Shown here one piece after another: positions 18,089-25,750 of a stretch of 38,026 nt of DNA. The notes under the pieces are model-generated. The model saw only the letters and a list, made by a program, of their open reading frames with translations, was not told the origin of the DNA and searched no databases. This stretch comes from a virus. Taxonomy: Duplodnaviria; Caudoviricetes. Each line of letters opens with the position of its first letter. Position 1 is the stretch's first letter. A program made the translations under genes and the position numbers. Location of the stretch: IMG/VR virus record IMGVR_UViG_3300007986_000034, positions 1 to 38,026 of that record; one strand, written 5' to 3'.

Positions 18089-18238
18089 ATGATTGGAATG
18101 TTCGCGGTTGGGCTTTTTCTCGCTGCTACTTTTCTTGGAATTCAAGGAGAGGACGCTTCTGGAGTTTTGTTTGTCGGAGTGATTGCTTTTCTTGTCCATC
18201 TACTCGTCGAAGACGACGAGTATACAAACGGTCGCTGA
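18089..18238 (+). CDS. 49-aa two-TM membrane protein (absent from the ORF track)
   Basis: AGGAG RBS; MIGMFAVGLFLAATFLGIQGEDASGVLFVGVIAFLVHLLVEDDEYTNGR. Confidence 0.65.
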   Translation: MIGMFAVGLFLAATFLGIQGEDASGVLFVGVIAFLVHLLVEDDEYTNGR

Positions 18239-18239
18239 A

Positions 18240-18482
18240 ATGAACGATCCTGACAAAGTAAGAGAATGGTTTGAAAGAATCAGCCCTGAGGAAAGACGAG
18301 CTCAGATTGACGCGGAAAGGATGGTTGCTTTGATGGAAGACAGAGAACACAAAAGGATGATGGAAAGTGTTCTCAGGAAACTCGTCATGTCGCTAGGATC
18401 AGAAGTAGTTTATAGAGTTTTTGATCTTGCGCTGAAAGTCACTTTCTTGGTCCTGTTTTTCAGTCAGTCCGCAAGACAATGA
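18240..18482 (+). CDS. hypothetical protein
   Basis: MNDPDKVREWF..., starts 1 nt after the previous stop. Confidence 0.55.
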   Translation: MNDPDKVREWFERISPEERRAQIDAERMVALMEDREHKRMMESVLRKLVMSLGSEVVYRVFDLALKVTFLVLFFSQSARQ

Positions 18483-18787
18483 ACGATCATCTTGGAATAA
18501 GCGAGGAGAAGTTCGCTTCTCTCAATCTTAGCATCAAGGACGTGATAAAGGTTCTGCCTCTTTTCGGACCGGGCGATGAAACGCCCAAGATGAAAGGGTC
18601 TTTCGTTCAGAAACCTTTCACCTATGTCAATCTTTTGCATTACATTGACAATTGCGGACCGTCATTTATGATTGGCCAGCCAGAGCCACGTCATAAGATA
18701 GCGAAAGCTATTTTTGACAAATGCGATAACGCGAGAAAGGTTATCGTCTATTCTTACATAGAATGGTATGAGGAACAGCTTCCCTGA
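18479..18787 (+). CDS. hypothetical protein
   Basis: ATGA overlap, 102 aa. Confidence 0.6.
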   Translation: MNDHLGISEEKFASLNLSIKDVIKVLPLFGPGDETPKMKGSFVQKPFTYVNLLHYIDNCGPSFMIGQPEPRHKIAKAIFDKCDNARKVIVYSYIEWYEEQLP

Positions 18788-18971
18788 GAACTGCTATTCA
18801 TGTCATTCTTTATGGAGTCTTCAATGCCGAAAGTAAGAATTAGAGGATCGTCGCGATCTACATATACATGACAATCGGCTGTTTAATCTATAGAGGAGTC
18901 TAATCGTCTCCTCTATTTATGAGAGCCTGATCATTCAGGTCAGATGACCAAAATCAAATAGGCGGTCTCGA

Positions 18972-19214
18972 ATGAAAGATTCAATTTCCTGTCCGGATAT
19001 CTTGACTGTTGTTATCCGAGACGATTCTCCGATGATCTTTTGCGGCGACTCGCCGTCGTATCGAAGCGTTCAAATTCGTTTGACCAATGAGCAAAAATCA
19101 TCGCTCAATCTTGTAGAATACGAGTCTTTCAGTAGTTGCTGGATTGAACCTTTGCAGAAAATCGAGAAGGTGAAAGAATTCAATCCGGACACCATCCGAC
19201 GGACGAAGAGCTGA
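18972..19214 (+). CDS. hypothetical protein
   Basis: 80 aa; the 3' end may be frameshifted. Confidence 0.55.
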   Translation: MKDSISCPDILTVVIRDDSPMIFCGDSPSYRSVQIRLTNEQKSSLNLVEYESFSSCWIEPLQKIEKVKEFNPDTIRRTKS

Positions 19215-19363
19215 AAATGCTTTTTCAGCGCGCTATCAATCGCGATCTTGGCTAGAAAAGAGAGTCTCGAAAGCAAAAGGTGAGATTGCCGCGATGATTC
19301 AATCAGCACTACAAACTCTTGTCCAAGAAAAATCAGTGAACAATAAACAGGAAAGGATGATGA

Positions 19364-19879
19364 GTGAATGACATTCATAATAGCCAAAAAGAATCTGTCT
19401 TGTGTACGGACGCATCCGTTGATCCGATTTCTGGCGCTATAGGGATCGCCTGCATTCTTAAATCTTCTGACATGGAGTATGAAATATCAACGGGAACTTC
19501 TTTCTACAGCATCGACTTTGCCAAGCCGCATCTTGCGGAAATAATCTCGATTGTTTACGGCATAAAATTTGCGAGCACTGTCTTGAATGAAGGTTCACGA
19601 GTTGCAATTTTCAATGATTGTATGCCTTCTGTGAAGGAATTAAACTCTTGGAGAAAGCAAGATAAATTCCAAGGCAAAGTTCCTGAAATGGAGTTTGTCT
19701 TTGACATGTTCAAAGAACTACAATCCAAATTTCTCTCAATGAGAGTCTTGCATGTACACGGTCATAGATGCCCTTCAAAAGGAATGGTATATAGCTTCAA
19801 TGCTATCGTAGATTCAAAAGCAAGAATATTGATGCAAACAATCAGAAACAAGAAATCAAACGCTTGGAGGAAGACATGA
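19364..19879 (+). CDS. ribonuclease HI-like protein
   Basis: 'CTDAS', 'LAEII', 'IFND', 'HVHGH' and 'N..VD..AR' catalytic pattern. Confidence 0.85.
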   Translation: MNDIHNSQKESVLCTDASVDPISGAIGIACILKSSDMEYEISTGTSFYSIDFAKPHLAEIISIVYGIKFASTVLNEGSRVAIFNDCMPSVKELNSWRKQDKFQGKVPEMEFVFDMFKELQSKFLSMRVLHVHGHRCPSKGMVYSFNAIVDSKARILMQTIRNKKSNAWRKT

Positions 19880-20373
19880 ACAGTGAATATGAAAACAATG
19901 ACATCATTGCTGATCAAGAACTTGCAAGACTGATCAAATTATTGGGAGATTCTGTCAAAGACATGAGCTCTGTCCTGTCAAGCATAAAACAAGCCGCCGG
20001 CAAAGCCGCCACAAGGCCCGCAAACCAGCTAGGCGCGACCGTAGGCCAGCACCAGCCCACCGGCGCGCCTAGTGACGTTAACAAAGCCGCCAGCGGCACC
20101 AGCAGCGCGTTTAATAGCGGTGATAATGCAACGCCTCAGAGAAGGACAATGTCTGAGATTGAAAATTCGTACCATGATCGCGCTCAGATTGAACAAGAGA
20201 TCAGTATCATTTGCCATTGCTTCAACAAAGACATTCACGAGCTTTTCAAAAGATTTAATGTGCCGATGAGAGGCTCTTTTATCCATAGGTCTATGCTTTA
20301 CGATGAAGTAGGAGGCAGAGTTACATCTATTCCTCAGGTCGTGCTTTTGTTGGATGAGATGAGCGAAATCTAA
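19876..20373 (+). CDS. hypothetical protein with an Ala/Ser/Gly/Thr-rich linker
   Basis: GGAGG RBS and ATGA overlap. Confidence 0.65.
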   Translation: MNSEYENNDIIADQELARLIKLLGDSVKDMSSVLSSIKQAAGKAATRPANQLGATVGQHQPTGAPSDVNKAASGTSSAFNSGDNATPQRRTMSEIENSYHDRAQIEQEISIICHCFNKDIHELFKRFNVPMRGSFIHRSMLYDEVGGRVTSIPQVVLLLDEMSEI

Positions 20374-20383
20374 GGAGTCGGTC

Positions 20384-20695
20384 ATGGCTGATGAATGGAC
20401 TCTTCTTATGACTGGTCTTAATCATGGATTAGTTGGAAAGAAGGGAAAAGAATTTGAAAGTCATCCGGCAACTTATCCAAGAGTAGACGTCGTCAGATCT
20501 TTTCTCGCGGATAAGAGAGTTTACAAAGAAACGCTGGAAGCCTTATATAGCGTCAACAGGTCTTTGCGGAAAGAATTGTTAGAAGTTTTTCATGGAGATG
20601 AAAGAAGCGAAGACTTTCTTGCTGGTTTTGAACATGCCATCAATTTCCTTGCAGAAGAAATTCTCTCAAGAGAATCCAAAGGTAAATTCAAGTGA
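20384..20695 (+). CDS. hypothetical protein
   Basis: AAGGAG RBS, 103 aa. Confidence 0.7.
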   Translation: MADEWTLLMTGLNHGLVGKKGKEFESHPATYPRVDVVRSFLADKRVYKETLEALYSVNRSLRKELLEVFHGDERSEDFLAGFEHAINFLAEEILSRESKGKFK

Positions 20696-21094
20696 ATGAC
20701 GATTCAAGACCGATCGCTGTTTCTTTGTCTTGCACAAATTGGGACTCTCCTGACAGACTTGCTTCTGATGACGAAGGAAAGCTAAGATGCCCTCATTGCC
20801 ATGGTCTTATGATAGCGATTTACAAAAACGAACAGGACTTCTTTAATGAGAGCGATTTCAAGAAGAATAAAGCAGATTATCTTTTCACCCTCGGTAAATG
20901 TTTCTCAGATATTGCCGAAATCAGAAAAGAAAGGAGAAAAAAAAGTTTCCTCAGTTTTTATGTTCATTTACGTCTTGTCAATTAGCTGGTTGATAGCAAT
21001 TTGTATCGCGATACTTTCGCACGGAGAAGTGTCACCTGGATGCCAACTCAAGGCAGACGGCTTCATGTCAATCAAAGAGGTATGTGATGAGTGA
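20692..21094 (+). pseudogene. CxxC + TM protein split by +1 nt in an A8 run
   Basis: The 20692 frame (CPHC) joins the TM-coding 20846 frame if one A is removed at 20937-20944. Confidence 0.5.
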
Positions 21095-21143
21095 CAGAGC
21101 ATATCAGGACAGCGGATATGATGATCAGCAGAGAGACAAAAGC

Positions 21144-21704
21144 ATGAATATATTTTTCCTTCATAGCAAGCCGTCTATCGCAGCTACTTATCATTGCAAT
21201 TTACATGTCAACAAGATGAGGTCAGAGTCTTGTCTGATGTTGTCAGCTGCTTGGCATGTTCTAGCAAAAATCCACGATGTTGAAAAAGACAATTTCGTTT
21301 CCAATATTCTAGCCAACATCAATAAGCTGGGATATCCTTCTCATCCTTGTTCCAGATGGGTCAGAGAACATTCTCTGAACTATATCTGGCTTTTCAAGTT
21401 AGCTCAGGCTCTTTGCAGAGAACACGAACTTAGGTTCGGGTCGGATAAAGAGACTCATCTGACTTTTCAAATGCTTGAAAAGCATCTTAGATTTGTCCCT
21501 AATCTTTTCCCTGATAATCTGCATGGAGAAATCATTGACGCTAATCAGATCAGGATCAAATCTTGGGGAACAGAACCTGTTCTATGCATGCCTGCTCAAT
21601 GTCAAGTAAAAGGAGACCCAGTTCAATCTTATAGAAACTATTACAGAGATGAAAAAGCTCATTTGCATTATTGGGGAGAAGTCCCAAGACCTTCATGGCT
21701 ATAG
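21144..21704 (+). CDS. pyrimidine-dimer DNA glycosylase-like protein (endonuclease V/DenV family)
   Basis: 'MNIFFL...HCNLHVNKM..ES..MLS', 'HPCSRW', 'NYIWL', 'DPVQSYRNYY'. Confidence 0.8.
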   Translation: MNIFFLHSKPSIAATYHCNLHVNKMRSESCLMLSAAWHVLAKIHDVEKDNFVSNILANINKLGYPSHPCSRWVREHSLNYIWLFKLAQALCREHELRFGSDKETHLTFQMLEKHLRFVPNLFPDNLHGEIIDANQIRIKSWGTEPVLCMPAQCQVKGDPVQSYRNYYRDEKAHLHYWGEVPRPSWL

Positions 21705-21705
21705 C

Positions 21706-21735
21706 TTGCTTATCTCATTATTTTAATGGTAAAAT
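21706..21735 (+). promoter_or_regulatory. sigma70-type promoter
   Basis: TTGCTT-18 bp-TAAAAT with extended -10. Confidence 0.65.
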
Positions 21736-21758
21736 AGTCATTCCAACAGGAGAGCAAC

Positions 21759-22007
21759 ATGACCATTTTTCTTTTGTTCATTTTTTCGATCGCTTACACG
21801 ATCGCCAGTGTGCGTCTGATGACTTACTCGGAAGAGAGATACGATGATTTCGTCAATCTTTTAGACGAGTCTCAGTCTTTGCTTTCTACCGGATCAGAGT
21901 TTGTTGACAACATCCTTCACTTCTTTCTTTTGGTCGTCTTTGTCATCTTGATGCCTCTGATCTTCGTTTTCTTCTTTATCAGAGAGGTGATCAGAAATGC
22001 CTATTAA
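21759..22007 (+). CDS. two-TM membrane protein
   Basis: AGGAG RBS; two hydrophobic helices flanking an acidic loop. Confidence 0.7.
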   Translation: MTIFLLFIFSIAYTIASVRLMTYSEERYDDFVNLLDESQSLLSTGSEFVDNILHFFLLVVFVILMPLIFVFFFIREVIRNAY

Positions 22008-22782
22008 AGTTCGCACGACCAAATCCGTAAAGAATCACGGGATCAAGGTCATCGTTTATGGCAAAGCTGGCGTCGGAAAGACTTCCTTGCTGGCAACCGC
22101 ACCGAATCCAATCATCATCTCGTGCGAATCGGGTCTCCTGTCAATCGCTGACAACGACATTCCTTACATTGAGATCGGCTCTATCAAAGACCTCCATGAA
22201 GCTTACCAGTTTCTTTCTGACAACGATGATTACGACACGATCTGCCTGGACTCAATCAGCGAGATCGCGGAGATTCTTCTTTCAGAGCTGAAAGCTACCA
22301 CGAAAGACCCGCGACAAGCTTATGGAGAACTCGCGGACAAGATGACGAAGATGATTCGCTTGTTTCGCGACATCAAGAACAAGAACGTTGTCTTTGTCGC
22401 CAAGTCGTCAAGACTGAAAGACGAGAACGGAATTCTCATGCACAATGTTTCCATGCCTGGAAACAATCTTGTTCAGAACGTTCCATTCTTCTTCGATGAA
22501 GTTTTTCACATGACTTTCATGAAAGGTGATGACGGCAAAGATTATCGAGTTGTCTTGACCGCGTCTGGATACAATCATGAAGCCAAGGATCGCAGTGGAA
22601 AGCTGAAAGCAATTGAACCGCCTGACCTCTCTTACATCTTCAAAAAGATCCAGGGAGAGCAGTCGGAAGAAAGTGACAAAGAAATCCCTGAAGACTTCAA
22701 GGAGATCGAGGATGAAGAAGACGAAGTCGAAGGAAGCCCCGACAGCGACTCTTTCGAGTCGGCTCCTCCTGACGAGTTTTGA
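21997..22782 (+). CDS. Sak4-like ssDNA-annealing ATPase (AAA_24)
   Basis: Walker A GKAGVGKT, 'CLDSISE', 'AKDRSG', acidic tail; upstream of the SSB gene. Confidence 0.88.
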   Translation: MPIKVRTTKSVKNHGIKVIVYGKAGVGKTSLLATAPNPIIISCESGLLSIADNDIPYIEIGSIKDLHEAYQFLSDNDDYDTICLDSISEIAEILLSELKATTKDPRQAYGELADKMTKMIRLFRDIKNKNVVFVAKSSRLKDENGILMHNVSMPGNNLVQNVPFFFDEVFHMTFMKGDDGKDYRVVLTASGYNHEAKDRSGKLKAIEPPDLSYIFKKIQGEQSEESDKEIPEDFKEIEDEEDEVEGSPDSDSFESAPPDEF

Positions 22783-22910
22783 CGAAAACGGAAATCCAAT
22801 TATCAAAGTTCTTCGATATGTGGAAACTGCTCAGCATATCGGAGAAGAGAGGGCCAGGAAACTGGACATGATCTCAAAAGACGAAGAGCAGTAATCAAGG
22901 AGAAAAGAAA

Positions 22911-23396
22911 ATGGCAAAATTGCCAAGTGCATTCAAGAGCGACGAGCATCAAGCTCCGGCTTACGAGCCGATCTCTCCCGGGACGTACATCGCGAAGATT
23001 GTGGAGTCCGAATGGAAGGACTGTTCACCGAGCGCGAAGGATCCGAACGGGAAGTATGTCAAGCTGACAATCCGTCTGGAGCCCAATCAGGAATTCGCAG
23101 GTCGCAGCATCTGGGTCAATCTCAATCTCGTCAACAAGAATGAGACAGCAGTGGAAATCGCAAACGGCGAACTGTCTGCGGTCGCTCAGGCTTGCGGCAA
23201 GAAGATCATCCAAGACACCGAAGAGCTTCATGGAATTCCTTTCAAAATCAAGGTTGGGGTTCGCAAGGACAATCGCGGTGATGATTATCCGGACACGAAC
23301 GTGATCCGCGCCTATGAAGCTCTGGAGTACGGAGACGTTGATGAAGATGCAGAAGCAGCTTCTACCAAGAAGAAAGGGAAGGCTCCGTGGGATTGA
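22911..23396 (+). CDS. single-stranded DNA-binding protein (DUF669-type)
   Basis: 'YEPISPGTYIAKI', 'GRSIWVNLNL.NKN', C-terminal 'APWD'. Confidence 0.85.
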   Translation: MAKLPSAFKSDEHQAPAYEPISPGTYIAKIVESEWKDCSPSAKDPNGKYVKLTIRLEPNQEFAGRSIWVNLNLVNKNETAVEIANGELSAVAQACGKKIIQDTEELHGIPFKIKVGVRKDNRGDDYPDTNVIRAYEALEYGDVDEDAEAASTKKKGKAPWD

Positions 23397-23549
23397 CTGG
23401 TCAATAGCACAGACGTCCCGTTTTGATTGAGTTGATTTTTACCGAGTCCTGATAAGGTCCTCCTGCCTGCGACTCACTCGGTAACAAACGTCCGGCTTCT
23501 GAGAACCAGGGTGAAGCTGGACACTTTTTACCTAACAAGGAACTCTCTG

Positions 23550-24080
23550 ATGACAAACGCAAGCAAATACGATCTGAAGAAATATCAAAATCTTTCTCGA
23601 AAGACAGCGATTTATCCTGAAGACGTCGGTCTCGCTTATGAAACTCTTGGTCTCTGTTCTGAAGTAGGAGAACTGCTGGAAAATTGCACTGCTATCCCTC
23701 ACAAAGTTGATCATGCAAAACTGGTCGGAGAGTTCGGAGGAGTGCTCTGGTATACTGCGAGACTTTGCGACAGGCTGGAACTTTCCATGCATGACGTCTT
23801 TGAATGCGGTCTGGAATCAGCTCCTGGTATGATCTTTCTTTCAATCTATTCTGGTCTCTTCGCTAACAAAGCGAAGAAAGTTCTTCGCGATCATAAAAGT
23901 CAAATGAACGAAGAAAGCAAGAAGGCGATGCAAAATCTCTTGATCAATTTTGTCGCTTCTTACAAAGGAGCTTTGACAAAATTTAATTTGACAGTTGATC
24001 AGGTGGCAGAATACAATCTTGATCAGCTCTTCTCTCGTCAGGAACGCGGCAAGCTCGGTGGAGACGGTGATGACAGATAA
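23550..24080 (+). CDS. MazG-like nucleotide pyrophosphohydrolase
   Basis: 'LGLCSEVGE', 'GEFGGVLWY', C-terminal 'N..L.SRQERGKLGGDGDDR'. Confidence 0.8.
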   Translation: MTNASKYDLKKYQNLSRKTAIYPEDVGLAYETLGLCSEVGELLENCTAIPHKVDHAKLVGEFGGVLWYTARLCDRLELSMHDVFECGLESAPGMIFLSIYSGLFANKAKKVLRDHKSQMNEESKKAMQNLLINFVASYKGALTKFNLTVDQVAEYNLDQLFSRQERGKLGGDGDDR

Positions 24081-24411
24081 TTACACTGATCGTGTCATGC
24101 AAGAAAGCGACAGGCTCAGCCCCTTTGAGTCTGCAAAGAGAGATAAAGAACCTGTCTTTTCAGAACAGTATGTTGAAACCATAACTGTTGAAAAGCTTCA
24201 GCAGAAAATTTTGAGATTCGAATCGCACATGGGAAGACAGCCTTCTGAAATCAGGATCAGCAATTTCCTTTTCAAAGAGTTACGAAAAGAATTGGACCTA
24301 GACAGGTTTCGCTTCTTATTTGATTCTGACTTAGAGGGTAACTACAAATTCATGGGCATCCCGTTGAAAGTCGAGGAAACTGTTTTCTTCAACGTTGATC
24401 TGGCTTTGTGA
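24070..24411 (+). CDS. hypothetical protein
   Basis: GGAG RBS with ATG at 24070. Confidence 0.6.
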   Translation: MTDNYTDRVMQESDRLSPFESAKRDKEPVFSEQYVETITVEKLQQKILRFESHMGRQPSEIRISNFLFKELRKELDLDRFRFLFDSDLEGNYKFMGIPLKVEETVFFNVDLAL

Positions 24412-24412
24412 C

Positions 24413-25288
24413 ATGGCGAAAATAAGTGAAGTAACTTCACTGCATCTAGCCATTGAAGGCGAAATCCTATTGAGGTCAGTCAAAGACGACGCAAAGAACC
24501 GAAGATATTATCTCGGTTATTCAGGTTTCAATCAAGAATGTCCGCGACGCTCATGGTACGATTTCCGACTTGCTTCTGATCATCCTTCTCCTGATGCGAG
24601 AGTAAGAAGGATAATGGAAAGAGGTAATCTAGAAGAAGCAAGGATCATTCGAGATTTAAAACTTGCGGGGATTGAAGTATTCCGCGTGAAAGACGGCGTG
24701 GAAATAGAGATGACCGGAGAGATCGGAGAAGAACAAGAAGAACTTGTAGGCTACAAGGGTCATTCCAAAGGTCATCCTGATGGAAGAGTCAGAAATGTCC
24801 CATTGCACGACCCAAATGAAGTGATGCTTTTAGAGATGAAGACTATGTCAAAGTCTTCTTTCTCCAAATATGTTTCTGTTGGTCTGAAAGAGCACAGTCA
24901 CTCTTATTGGGGTCAAATCCAAATTTACATGGGAGAAATGAATCTCCTAAAAACTCTATATGTCGTCACAAATAAAGACAATGAGAGACGAGATTATAGA
25001 GTCATCGATTTTGATCAAGCAGACTTTGAAGACCTGAAAAGGAAAGAAGAATATTTGATAAACAGTGGAGCTCCTCCTGTAAAGTCTTTCAAGATGGGAC
25101 ACTTCAAGTGCGACTATTGTCCACACAATCTTGTCTGTCATCTAGGCAAAGGACCGAGAGTAACCTGTCGTTCATGCGCTAATTTACAAATCAAAGAAAA
25201 CGGTATTTTTCGTTGCGGTCTTTCAGGAGAGAAACTTTCAGTGAAAGATCAACTGTCGGCTTGCAATCGCTACAAAAGACTGTTTTAA
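24413..25288 (+). CDS. Cas4/RecB-like PD-(D/E)XK exonuclease with Cys cluster
   Basis: 'ECPRR', 'GHPDG', 'LEMKT', 'QIQIYM', 'CDYC...C' and further Cys. Confidence 0.85.
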   Translation: MAKISEVTSLHLAIEGEILLRSVKDDAKNRRYYLGYSGFNQECPRRSWYDFRLASDHPSPDARVRRIMERGNLEEARIIRDLKLAGIEVFRVKDGVEIEMTGEIGEEQEELVGYKGHSKGHPDGRVRNVPLHDPNEVMLLEMKTMSKSSFSKYVSVGLKEHSHSYWGQIQIYMGEMNLLKTLYVVTNKDNERRDYRVIDFDQADFEDLKRKEEYLINSGAPPVKSFKMGHFKCDYCPHNLVCHLGKGPRVTCRSCANLQIKENGIFRCGLSGEKLSVKDQLSACNRYKRLF

Positions 25289-25315
25289 TAAACCTTTCGC
25301 AAAGGAGATCAGAAG

Positions 25316-25750
25316 ATGGACTTTCAGCAAGAATTGGCGAAAAGGGCTTTGAGCAAAATAGAAAATAATGAACCTCTGAATTTCAGACTGATAGATGATA
25401 AAAGGATTGAACCTTCATCTGTCATCAGTCTTGCTTTAACTTTTCTTCTATTGGAAACTTGCATTGAATTTTGCGAAGAAGAAGTTCCTGAGTCTACCGC
25501 GACAATCGACATCAAGAAGATAATTGAAGGCGTTAAACAACAAAGTAAAGTCAAGACGACATTTCCACAAGTTTTCGACTTTGTTGGTGGAAATCAAGAT
25601 GAATGGATTTCTGCTCTCAGGGGAGCAGAGATGAAATCGGGCTTTATCGTGAAAGCGGAAACAATTGTTGAAGCGACTAAAATATCAAAAATGGTTTCTC
25701 AGATCGGCATTTTAGTCCAGATTTCAAGACTGAAGAAGCTGGCATTATGA
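25316..25750 (+). CDS. hypothetical protein
   Basis: AAGGAG RBS, 144 aa. Confidence 0.7.
   Translation: MDFQQELAKRALSKIENNEPLNFRLIDDKRIEPSSVISLALTFLLLETCIEFCEEEVPESTATIDIKKIIEGVKQQSKVKTTFPQVFDFVGGNQDEWISALRGAEMKSGFIVKAETIVEATKISKMVSQIGILVQISRLKKLAL

Noticed and set aside
18019-18243. 74-aa TTG ORF in the track
   Set aside because: No RBS; the overlapping 49-aa two-TM ORF at 18089-18238 has AGGAG and better protein character.
23447-23490. HDV-like (theta) ribozyme
   Set aside because: A GAGTC/GACTC pairing and a CTCC loop exist, but I could not build the P1.1/P2/P4 nested pseudoknot.
24413-25288. Cas4-like nuclease as evidence of a CRISPR-Cas system
   Set aside because: No cas1/cas2 or array; it sits in a Sak4-SSB-helicase recombination module typical of phages.
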